Positions 1-11,757 of a DNA stretch of 64,000 bases are shown here, piece after piece. Each line of letters starts with the position of its first letter. Positions within the stretch are counted from its first letter, which is position 1. The stretch is taken from positions 12,276,001 to 12,340,000 of the forward strand of contig NC_047080.1 of the NCBI RefSeq assembly GCF_902459465.1, given 5' to 3'. The stretch comes from Asterias rubens (Eukaryota). The notes under the pieces were generated by a model. That model was not told where the DNA came from, ran no database searches, and saw only the letters and a list, made by a program, of their open reading frames with translations. The position numbers and the translations under genes are program-made.

Positions 1-3000
1 ATGTCAACAGAAATCAACAAAACTCTGGGTAAGTTTAGACAAATCTGTTAATGATGATTTTATAGAGCACCTTATGCAGAAAATAGTGCTTAAACAACTT
101 TCTGGTAAGCAGAATTTCTTTTTATTAGAATGTCTTTGTTTTGTTGCTACTGTCAACAGGTGATGTAAACAATGGGAGCATGAAGGAGGTTAAAGGTCTG
201 GGAGAGAGGTTGTTTGGTTTGGAGCAACTCCTCACCAACGCACAGAAGGTCTTACAAGAACAAGCTGAGATGGCACAGGTATAAGCCCGACTATCTGACA
301 TTACACCTCAAGGCCCAGGCCCTTCCAGATACTGACCTTTACAACCTGCAAGTTTTCTGCCAAATGTACCTTTGACCTTGCATGACCTACAGTGGGTGCG
401 TTCGATTAGCTTTCCTTGGTTGACCCCTTGGGTGAGCCCCTGACAAGAGCTAATCGAACGATCACTCACCATCTCATGGTAACGTCATGCACCTCGGGCC
501 AGCCCTAAGTGACCCGTTCCCCAAGCAGGGCACTGGGGACTGACCTGGGTGAGCCCCTGGAATGACATCAAAGCTATTCGAATGTACCGGGGACAGACTG
601 GGGTCGACTCGGGGAAGTTAATCGAGCCGCACCAAGTGTAGTTACTTACATATAACACTTGCTCGTGTGTGTAATATCAGTCTGGTGTCTGTGGTTCTTT
701 GCATGTCTATCCACTGAATCAAAGAACAGTACCTGTCTTTATCCTTTTGTAGTGTTGATACAATTGTAGCGTTTTATCTACTTGCATGTAAGATAATTTA
801 CTGAGATAATCCAGTAATTTCATTCTGATTCTGCAGGGTTTTCTTTGAAGGTGGAACCAGGTAATGTTTTAGTTTGTATGCTTTCTAATCAGGGGATGGT
901 ACAGAATCAGACTCGAGCCAGTAACTTGAACGACACGTCCGTACTACCGGATCTTTGCAAGAGTCACCAGCAGCAACTGACTGTAATGTACAAGAAACAC
1001 TGCCAACTTGTTGAGATAAGTCGACGTTGCCAGGCCGCGAAGGAGGAACTCTGTCATAACCTTCACGTCCGACTAAGGTAAAGGGCCAGAGAAACATGTA
1101 AAACATTAACAAGATCAACAGGGTCAAATTTCATGGCTCTGCTTATCGTGAGCAAAGAATCAACGCTTACGGAAGCAGGAAATTCTTTGCTAACGTCATG
1201 CGTATTTCATGGGTTAGCGGGGAATTTTGGTTTGTGCGTTTGCGTCCTCCAGGTTACTAGGCAATCTACGCTTACACAGCTAGCGCAGAAATTGGGCACT
1301 TGCTGTGCAAGCGTAGAATGATGATTGTAAGTGCAGAATTCGGCGGTATGTTGAGCCTTGAAATTAAACCCTGATGAGGAAGCTGATATTTGCCATACAA
1401 CTAAAATGAAATGACCTGCCTCCAAGTAAGTATACACTGATAACTACAAACACAGCATTCTCTGCTGCATGGAAGCTTTGACTCTGTGAAGCTTCCTTGG
1501 TGTATCAAAAACAATGTCTTGTTACAACAACAAAAAGTGAGAAAATAGAATTAGCCTTTGCAAAGTGCTTACCAACCAAAAGGACCTATGGTATAAATGC
1601 AAAAGAATAGTTAATGGCCTGACGTTTCAACCATAGCAGAGTCTTTCTTGAAGGCTACATGACAACACAACAAACATGAACAGGTTACCAACTGTAAAGC
1701 TTTTTAATAACTAATGTTATATTTTTTAATTATTGTAAATTATGCCGCAATTCAGCGGTATGCTGCGATGGCATTTTTGAATAAATAAACCATAAACCAT
1801 AAACAACTGTAACATAAGCAGTGAAGTGGAAATACATGAATAGAGAAAGAGAGACTCAGAAAGCACACAGTAAAAGCAACTAACAACAACAAGTATTAGA
1901 CTCGGTATGTTAATGACTTGACCTGTCTGTTTATGCTGATTTTTGTCTGTGCCAAACTTGCTCTTCAGATGGATCATGTATGTAGAGCAGCAGATAAGTG
2001 CTGTCCATAGTAAGATGCTAGTCTATCATGAGAACCTTAAACGTCTTAGAAAGCGTCTTGAGATTGTCCGCCAAGTGTATGCTGCCCCCAAGCTGTACGC
2101 TTCTGCCATTGTAGAGGTGTATCGAAGGAGACTGTATTCTAGTCACTTCACTGCTGTAAGTTTCTTGCTATTTTATTTACAATACAACATGTTAGGCTAT
2201 TCGTTCAATTGTTTAAACCTTTAAAACCTAAAATAAAATAGTTACTTTTATGGAAGATATCTTCCCAAGAAATAAAAGCTATCTTAATATCTTTTGATAA
2301 ATGTCCAGATTATTCTTTTACATTTGTCGACGTCTCAACTCTCAACTAAAAGAAAATGTGCTGAAATGTATTTCTGAAGTTCCATGGCCTTGGTTGAAAA
2401 CCCTGACCCAGTTTCCACTCAGTCTTGAGGTCTCGGGCAATAAGCTGCTCTTATACGATACTCCCTTGATTCACCCTCGGTTAAACACAGTGCCATTATT
2501 TATTCAATGTTCTATCAGTGGGCTGGACAAGTTTGCGATACGTCCTTAGCAAGCCACCAGTCAGAGATGGCCAAAAGGAGAAATTTTGCTTCAAGTATGG
2601 AACGCCACTTTCTCAATGTGCTCTTCCCAGGCCTGGTTGGGGAAGTCCCACCTACTTTTGCTGTAAGTAAAATTTCAGTTTGTGTTCATCACTTTCCTCT
2701 CAATTGTTACCCGTAGCCCTTTGATCTAAAACCCCTGTATACCTGTTTTACATCACTGTTTTCCCATATTTGTGGGGTGGCGTGGTCAAACACGCCGGAT
2801 TTAAGCTTTGGGTGTTATTGATAAGCTGAGTATGGGTTTGAGTCACAGTTGTGACACTTCGATCCATAAACAAGACACTTAACCGTTATTACATCGTCCT
2901 TCAGATGGGAAGTAAAGCCCTTTGTTCTGTGTGTTGTGTAACGCAAGTACAAGAACCCAGTACATTTTTCGTTAAGAGAAAGGGTTCGCCCTTGTGTTTC

Positions 3001-6000
3001 TGGCAGTCGTTACTGAATGTGCGTCATTACCTTGTATGGTGCTACAAGAAATTAGTCTCAGAATTCATAAAAACTTCAAAACCTGTTTTAAAAAATGTCT
3101 CTCTTTGCTCAGCGCCTTGAGTGCCTTAATACTCCAATAACCTAACCATGTTATTACAAGTAGTGATTATCCACTTGAGACGTCAGTTTGTGTCTTGGCA
3201 TTATGCAATGATGTCATGTGACAGTTGAGATGATGACACTACAGTGATGAAATAGTTACGATGCTTGTTCACTCAAGGCTTAATGTGGGCAGATGACAAC
3301 TCATCTTTTAACCTCAACAAAGCGGGCCCTTCCAAAGTCCAATGACATCATATTTATATTAAGGTCAATTTTGTCTTCTTCATTTTTTTCAGACTACACA
3401 ACCAGAAGACTTTGACACCCAGCTTCCTGAGATCAAAGATGCTGATATCACCAGCTTGAGAGAGAAACTTCCAGAATTAGCACACATCCTTAAGTAGGTT
3501 CTCTCTTGCATGTTAAACGGAAACTGCAATAAGTTCAGTAATGTACTCTTTTACCATTCAGTATCAATCGGTTTTGAAGGATAGATGAACTATGTCAGAT
3601 TTTCGTATGACATCATCTGGTGAATGCATCTTCACAGTACACAGTTGACCCTCTTACTGTCTGACCATTCAATATAATCCACTAAGGTTTTGAAGGATAG
3701 ATGAACTATGTCAGATTGCCGTATGACATCACCTGGTGAATGCATCTTCACAGTACACAGTTGACCCTCTTACTGTCTGACCATTCAATATAATCCACTA
3801 AGGTTTTGAAGGATAGATGAACTATGTCAGATTACGGTATGACATCATCTGGTGAATGCATCTTCACAGTACACAGTTGACCCTCTTACTGTCTGACCAT
3901 TCAATATAATCCACTAAGGTTTTGAAGGATAGATAAACTATGCCAGCCTGCAGTATGATAACAAGTGATGAATGCATCTTCACAGTACACAGTCAACCCT
4001 CCTACTGTCTGACCATTCAATATCATCCACTTAGGTTTTAAAGGATAGGTAAACTATGCCATCCTGCAGTATGATAACAAGTGGTGAATGCATCTTCACA
4101 GTACACAGTTGACCCTCTTACTGTCTGACCATTCAATATAATCCACTAAGGTTTTGAAGGATAGATAAACTATGCCATCCTGCAGTATGATAACAAGTGG
4201 TGAATGCATCTTCACAGTACACAGTTGACCCTCTTACTGTCTGACCATTCAATATAATCCACTAAGGTTTTGAAGGATAGATAAACTATGCCATCCTGCA
4301 GTATGATAACACGTGATGAATGCATCTTCATAGTACAAAGTCAACCCTCCTACTGTCGTGCCATTCAATATCATCCACAAAGAATTTGAATGATAGATTA
4401 ACTGTGCGAGTATGCATTATGGTTTCATGTCATACAGTATACACAGTACAAATATGTACACAGTTAGTTCTGTACATAGTTGTACTACCATACACAACCC
4501 ATGTAGTTAAATGGTTGGCCAGCTCACCAGAAATAGTAATCGAGAGTAGGATTAAGTAAACAAATTATGCACTAATAGAGTCGAGTTAAACTTCATCAAT
4601 TACATTCTAATTAGAAAGACAAAGAACAGCGAGTGACACATTTGGACAAGAGTCTCTTCAAATATGGAGGTAGAGCAGTGAGATGTGAGGAGGTCTTGCC
4701 GGTTCATTTGCGCCAGGATTGTCATCATAAGCCTTGTAGAGGTACGGTGGCCACTACAGGAGTGCACTGTTTGGTTTAGGTGTATACAGACAAGTTTACC
4801 CAAACCAAAACGTGTTATAGTAATGTGTCCATCGTATCTCAAAATGGCTTGTTGACAGACGGTGTGCACTGGCAAGGTTCAATATTATTATTATTATTTG
4901 CTGATTTTCTAATTGTTTTATTCTTACAGGCTGCCAGCTGAGCAGACAGACTTGGGTTCTGAATGTGCCCTATCTAAGGCGTTATTACCAGCTCTCTCTG
5001 ATGAACAAACACAGACCAGTTTAAACATACAAGGAATAGAAGAACTGAGATCCATTGAGACCGAAGGAACACAAAGTGATGATGCAAAGATCTCGACCAC
5101 AGATCGTACAACTCCAGACGGCAACATGCTGAGACCAAACTCTCTCCCAGCAGGAGTAGAACTGTCATCCATAGATTCAAGTAGTAACAGAATCGCCGTT
5201 CCAGAAACTCTTCAATCCTTGTCATTTCGGCATGTTGACAGTTTTGTTTCAGCGGCCACCACTCCAGACTTAGAACTGAGTCCTCTGGACATGTCTACCC
5301 AAGGGGAGACACCCTTTGCGTCGTTGCTGACGGCGCCTGAAGGGAATTTTTACTCGGCTGTAACGAGCCCCTTAGATGACACGGATTCACTATCTAAGCA
5401 TCCTATTAAAGACAACTCAGTTTCAGAGTTTGTTGAGAAGGTCACAATACTTCAGGAAACTATTCAAGAAAGAGAAGCATCCTTAGAGGAGAGTCAACAT
5501 CAAATTAAAGAGATTCAGGATCAGTTGGAGAAAGCGGAGTTAAAGTTAGCATCAATTAAAGATGAGAGGAGCTTGTATGCAGATCAGTTGAGGATTTCTC
5601 AGACAGGAATGAAGTCCATTATCCCCAAAATAGAAACCTCTGTCCACAAACTCAAATCAGATCTTACTGAAATGAGAACTGCTGTAAAGCTTGATCAGCG
5701 TGCATTCCATGAAACAATTCTCACAAGCGTTTCTTCCGTTAAAAGTTTTTGCGGCAAGGTACAATCCCTCGTCAAAGAAAGAGAAGAGGCTGCAGTAAGC
5801 GAAGCAGTGGAACTTCTACAAGTGCAATCAGATACTAAATGTAATGACTTAATACAAGACCTGGAGAGAGCCAAGGAAGAGGTTGAATTGTGCAGACGAG
5901 AGCTTCATGATGCAGGGGAACTATTAACAGAGAAAGAAGCAGAGCTTTCCACACTGAAAGAAAGAAGTTGTCAGGAGTTGCAGGAGTTACGATCCCAACT

Positions 6001-9000
6001 AGAAGAGCAGCAGAAAGAAAAGTTGATCGTCGTCAAGAGTAAATCAGAAAAGGATATCCAGGAGCTCCAGAACACTGTCAAAGAAAATGAAGATGCTATA
6101 CGGATGATGAGAGAAACTGCGGAGGAGGAAGTTACGATGCTTCAGAATCATCTGGCAGCAGAGAAAGAGCAAGCTCTAAATGCTTTGAGAACAGAGCTGA
6201 AGGAGAAACACAACCAAGAGCTGGATGTCAAGCAGCGTCATCTCCAAGACACACAGCTGGACGAGCTGGCTGAATTTAGAAAGACCACAGAACTCAAAAT
6301 GGATGCTGCTTGTGAGGAGTTAATGCAATCCTTAAACAAAGCCAAGGAAGATGAACTGCATGATCTTAAGATGAGATTGGAATCAAATCATCGGGATAAA
6401 GTCCAACTGCTGTGCAAAGAACTTCAAAATAAGCTTTTACAAATCAAGGAGATCCATGATGAAACTTCGGAGGATGTTAAACAAGAGTTACGCTCTGTCC
6501 GCATTCTCCATGAACAGCTGATTGAATCAAGTCATCTTAGAATGACGGAAATGGAAGAATCTTTCACCACGTGTACTCGCAGTGTCTCGGAAACATCTGA
6601 AGGGAAACAAGAAAGCGATGAGCAACTTGGAGATGTTGCACAAATGAGTAGCTCTGTTATGAAAACTTTAGACCGGGAGCAGGTTGGCATGGTGGCAGAG
6701 CGCCAGCAGGCATTTAATGAAGCGGTTTCCAGAGTGGCGGTCCAGAAGGATAAGACTATCGAAGAACTCAGGAGGAAAGTAGCGAAGCTATCGGAACATC
6801 AAAATCGAAACCAAGGTATGATTTGGTAAACAGATACTGTGAGTTTGTGAGTGGATGGGAGCGAATGTAAATACCTAGTCTCATTTTGCGTTGTGAGAGT
6901 GCTTCGAACAGGCAATAAGTCAAGTTGTCATGGAAGATCATGTCCCCCAGTTTCATAAAAATGAGGCACTCGGTGTTTTCTTTAACTCTCACTCGGATCC
7001 TTTTTGTTACTCAGTTCTAATAATGAAAATAGTGGCATTCATATCCGCCACTCAGTGACACTGATGGTGCTCCAACATCATTATCCCTGGTCAGTGGGTC
7101 ATTTATTTCATTCCTTAAACCATCTCAGCTACCTTGGGAGTAATAATAATAAATAATATTTATAGGGCGCCAAAATCCACCAAAATGAGGTGCTCAAGGT
7201 GCACAAGAGGGGGAACCACACACAGCAAGGAAAATAAGACAAATAGACCAGTTATATATAGGCGAGATTAAACAAAGTGGTTTTCAACTTAACCTTGAAA
7301 GTATTGATGTTAGAAATATTGCGGATTTGTAGAGGCAAGTCATTCCAGAGTGTGGGTCCAGCATGGAAAAAAGACCTATCGCCCCATGACTTGCTACTCT
7401 TAGTAACCTGTGCTTATCTTCACCCATTTTACAAGCTAGGTCGTATTTTGTCACATCAAGTAAAAGGTCACTGTGTAGCGCCCTCGTGTGTTTATATTTA
7501 GTCAGTCAGTTTGTTTTACCATCGTCTCGGTTAGTTTACCGATGTTAAATAATCCAAGTACAGACACAGGTAAGATTTACCCATAGAAGGTTACCCATTT
7601 GTCTCTGTTAAATATTAATCCAATGCCAGCGTGGGTTTACTTGACAGTTCTTGCACTCGGCATCTTGCCATGCAGATCCATGACCTTTAACTGCTTTTAC
7701 ATATTGACAGATACTATAGAGAAGCTTCTAACAGATAAAGGGGACATTGAATCCGAGCTGACCAAAGCCCTGCACCAAGCAAGACAATCTGAGAAGGAGC
7801 TTAAAGTTGATGTTTTCAGAAAGGAAGCCCAACTGACTGAGCTTCAGCAGAGATTGGATGCTGCTTCTGTTGCAGGCCCTGCCCAGTTACTTGTCTCCAG
7901 TGAATGGTGAGATATGTCGGAGCTTCAACTCTGGCCACAAGCAAGTTTTAGAAGCCCAGATGTTGATCATATAATTATTGAACCAGAAAAACAGGGGTCA
8001 ACCCCAGGCCTACTCTTCCATGATTAGTGTTCTGGGTTATTTTACATGCACTACCAATCTTAGTAAACTGGACCAATGGATTAATGTCCCATCCAAAGGA
8101 CGAAGCATATATGGTAAAGAATCTTGCTCAAGGACAGAAGTGCCAAGACTGGGACTCATACCCACACTCTGCTAAATCAGAAACACCAGAGCTTGAGTCC
8201 AGGGGTCGATTTCACAAAGAGTTAAGACTAGTCCCAACTTAGGACTAGTTCTAGTAGATATTCAAAACTTATGGCTAGTCCTAAGTTAGGACGAGTAACT
8301 CGTCCGAGTTAGGACACTCGAGATAAGACTAGTCTTTGTGAAATCGACCCCAGTGCTCTCAACTGCTCTTTCAAGACATGCCACAAACTGATATTATTTG
8401 AAAATGTTTTGGGTGTCTTTTCCAGTGATACAATGGTGACAAAATCGGCTACAGAGGGCAGGCTTCAAGCCTTACTGAGGTCAAAGGAACAGGAGTGCAG
8501 TGCTCTCAAACATCAAGTGGTAAAAACAGTCTTGATATTGACTTAAACAATCTCTGACTGTCTGACCAGTCTCTACTCTCTGTGATGTGTATGTTAGTCT
8601 GAAATAAGATATCATGTGGCGAAGGTATCTATACAGTACACTGTCAACCCTCCTACTGTCTAACCATTCAATACAATCCACTGTGGTTTTGAGTGACAGA
8701 TATTGACTATAGATTACAAGTTTTTGGAGAATAATAAGAAGAGGAGGAGGGTCAACTCTTTGTGTGCATAATACTTTATAATAGTAAATGCTTGATCAGG
8801 GCCAAATTTTATAGAGCTGCTAAGCACAACAAATTGCTTAGCATGAAATTTCTGCATCGATAAACACAGGATTACCAACCAAGTTTCCACATGATTTTCA
8901 GGATGAGCAAACAACAGCTGAAAACCAGTAACAAGCAATATGCAACAAATTTGGTTGGTAATCCCGTTTTTATCAAGGAAGGAATATCATGCTAAGCAAA

Positions 9001-10800
9001 TTTTTGTGCTTAGCAGCTCTAGGAAATTGGGTCCTGATGATGAGGATGATGGACCATTCTTCTGACTGTCAGTTGTTCTCGATAAATACTCCCCGTTTGT
9101 TTTTAAGATAAGTGTATTCAAATAGGTGGTTTAATTTACGTGAAGATTGGTTTTAATGAAGTGTTGTTTTTTGTTCATCAGATGCAGCTACGGGTTTCAT
9201 CAAATTCTTCGACAAGGACAGAGAAAATATCCATTATTGAGTAAGTGTAAAAACCAGAAGATCTCTCCAAGAATAATTCAAATCCCAAGGCCAAGTAAAG
9301 TTTATGTTTCTCTCTATAACTAGGACAGAACAAATACACATCATTGAGAAAGTTTTGAAAACTTAATAAATGTTCATGACTATCTAAAAAAAGAAAGACT
9401 TATGAAAACTGTTCAAGTCATGACCAGGTCTGATGATTCATTATTGTATCAGACCTACTACAAAGTCCACCATAGTGAGTGACTAGAGCGGGATGTGAAC
9501 CGACCAACAAAAGATATTGACAAATAATAGGGAGACCACCAACATTATAGCTACATAGCTCCGTTGATAGCACGTTAATCCGGTGATTGCTAGTCCCACC
9601 CTAGTCAAGTTTTCTTTGTTCAACCATAATTCAGGAGACATACGCCTTTTGCGGATAGTTATTTTTTTAACTTTAATGCTCTCCTGGGCACCCCATCGTT
9701 GTTTTACTTTGTTTTCTTAAATATTTTTAATGTGTGCATGTGCTTGTGAATGTGTTTGCCCAAATAAATATTATTATTATTATGAATTCTTTCTTATTGT
9801 CTTACCTCTTAGCATCAGCGTTGGAGACTTGGTTCTCATCTTCTTTGAGGAGCCTAGAGATAACTACGTGGTGTTCAGTATTGAACCGACTCTTTACTTC
9901 GTCCACTCCGAGTCACTGTCAGGTCTTGATCTGAAGCATCAAGCATCCGATGGTCCTAAGAGGTAAACTCTCTTCCATTGTCCAAGGAGTACCAACTGAA
10001 ATGATAAAGCCACACTCTTCATGAGTGATCACATTGTACTGTATTCGACTCCAGTCATGAAACCCATCTCTTAAATGCACTGTAGAGTAGAAGATTTATT
10101 AACTTAAAAGACTAGAAAAAAACTTGCTTTGCCTCTCTTGATTTTGAACATTTAGGGTTAGTGTTGAAATTGACTTTTATTTCCGTATGTACATGTTTGC
10201 AGGCAGTGGATTATCGGCAGAGTTACGGACAAAGAGTACTGCCAAGCCAAAAAGGTGAGCCCTTAATTTTAAAAGCTGTTTTTAACCCTAGCTTTTATTT
10301 CTTGTTTCACATTAATTCAAAAAAAATAGAAGCTTATCAGCAGGAAATATTTGTGGGCAGAATTGTATTGCAAAGTATTCTCAGGCAATAGTGAATGTAA
10401 TTTTGGGTTGAATAAAGACAAAATTGACAAGAGTGGGATATGAACTCGGCTGCAATCGCTCTATTCTAAAAGAACTCCCAAAATTCAGTAGATAAACAGC
10501 GGACAAGTTCATATTGAACTCTTTAGTTTTTACAATTCCATAGTTTCTCTGGGAACAATCTATACAGCAAAACACTATCAATCAATCAATCAATCAATCA
10601 TTCTATGGCGTGTGACTGCAAACCGATTATAAAGATCTTGGATTTATAATTGAATGAGTTTTTATCAGATTACTGACTGCTGCTTCTCTTTTTCAAACTT
10701 CTAGGCAAATAATCGCTTCAAGGTTGCCATAGGAACCAAGTTCTACCGTGTTAAAGCTAAGAGATACGATATTAAGCAAGAACAAAGCACGACCAATTAA
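1..10800 (+). CDS. RB1CC1: RB1-inducible coiled-coil protein 1 (FIP200/Atg17/Atg11 family autophagy scaffold), 5'-partial, 13 exons in window
   Basis: Phase-consistent GT-AG exons: 1-28, 160-278, 893-1077, 1969-2155, 2519-2662, 3393-3493, 4930-6815, 7711-7906, 8426-8519, 9182-9240, 9813-9962, 10203-10254, 10705-10800 (TAA); about 1098 aa in window. Recognisable peptides: SMKEVKGLGERLFGLEQLL, SVLPDLCKSHQQQL, AKEELCHNLHVRLRW, a long coiled coil in the 4930-6815 exon, and the C-terminal Claw domain (ISVGDLVLIFFEEPRDNYVVFSIEPTLYFVHSESL...QWIIGRVTDKEYCQAKKANNRFKVAIGTKFYRVKA). Confidence 0.96.
394..633. mobile_element. MITE, probably PIF/Harbinger-derived
   Basis: Imperfect terminal inverted repeats gggtgcgttcgattagct / agttaatcgagccgcacc; no coding capacity. 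Superfamily is inferred. Confidence 0.65.
2772..3010 (+). mobile_element. tRNA-derived SINE (family 1), degenerate
   Basis: A-box-like tggcgtggtc, B-box-like gggtttgagtc, then gacact...caagacacttaacc body. Homologous copies at about 21570-21795, 34250-34362, 39420-39660 and 42150-42345. Confidence 0.65.
3554..4380. repeat. Tandem array of about 7 x 116 bp in RB1CC1 intron
   Basis: ggttttgaaggatag recurs at 3570, 3686, 3802 and onward (period 116); the core atgcatcttcacagtacacagttgaccctcttactgtctgaccattcaat is repeated in every unit. Confidence 0.95.
8203..8350. mobile_element. MITE family A (GGGTCGATTTCACAAA TIR, CWG TSD; Harbinger-like)
   Basis: TIR gggtcgatttcacaaaga / tctttgtgaaatcgaccc with CAG on both flanks. 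Related copies at about 11909-12030, 22805-22966, 33027-33168 and 42345-42491. Confidence 0.85.
8800..9033. mobile_element. MITE family B (GGCCCAATTTCAT-type TIR, CWG flanks)
   Basis: Ends ggccaaattttatagagctgctaagcac / gtgcttagcagctctaggaaattgggtc. Related copies or halves near 1122, 16171, 22603, 22970, 32779, 42590, 47272, 50803, 52086 and 53939. Confidence 0.8.
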
Positions 10801-11656
10801 TCTGGAGAATCTGTTACAGTAAAGCATAGGACTGATGTCAGGGTTTTATTCACATACCTAATCTTTGTCCAGAACCTTGTCTACTCTAGTTGTAGCAATA
10901 GTACTTAAAAAATGGAACCAGACTATTTTTGTACCAGCCTCGGTTTGGGTACAAAGAGTTAAAGGGTAGAGATACAAGATGGTCGCGCTGTGACCTAGGT
11001 ATTTACATATCAACCTCACTTCAAAGTTATCAAAAATCGCCTTTTGTGCCAGACACAGAGTTAAAAGTATGACTAATGATAAACACTCGGAGTTAACCTG
11101 AAATAATATGTACCCAGTTTACCTCATTCGTGTACCCCGTTTATACCTTAAATGTGCATGTACTTTGTAGATAGTATACCCAGTATAAACCTTCATTATG
11201 TCAGATGATAACCTAAATACTGTACAAATGACCACTACAGCATGTTTAGTGTGATAGTGTAAGACTTTAAGGATGTTCCATCATTGCAAATCTGAATGTC
11301 AGAAAGCTTGCTCAGCCTCTTCAGGCCGTTTGTTTAATATCTTTGCATGTAACTGCATAGCCCAGAATCGGTTATTGTCCTAGAAGCTGTAAGCCGCAAA
11401 GTCAGAAGCTGTGAGCCTTAAGCCAGAAGCCAAAGGGTTTAATGGTAGTGTCTATTATGGTAGCTTTGATGGAATAAGGAAATCGGTGACACATAATGTA
11501 TTCTTAACTGTAGCTTGTGATGCACTGCATACACAGTATCTTTTGTAATAGTCTTGTGAACCAAACCAAATGAATGAAATAAATGGGAATGAAACCCATT
11601 ACTTTCCACGCTCTTAAGCCGATTTCCTGACCATGAGAAAACCCAGTTTAGGGAGA

Positions 11657-11757
11657 ACACTAGGTGGCAGCAGACTGATCTTATTTTTTATAGTTCTGAG
11701 CATTCACATGTCTCCAAAAAACAATTGATATACTTTGTAAGTCTGCTGCCACCAAGC
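11657..11757. mobile_element. Short inverted-repeat element with CACTAGGTGGCAGCAGAC termini
   Basis: ggtggcagcagact at the left end pairs with agtctgctgccacc at the right end. Isolated termini of the same type occur at about 21231-21253 and 32695-32709. Confidence 0.6.

Noticed and set aside
844-848. In-frame TGA as selenocysteine or programmed read-through in RB1CC1
   Set aside because: The normal exon at 893 gives a complete homologous frame without it, and I saw no SECIS-like element.
10723-10736. X-box match GTTGCCATAGGAAC
   Set aside because: It lies within the conserved coding sequence of the last RB1CC1 exon and is explained by codon constraint.
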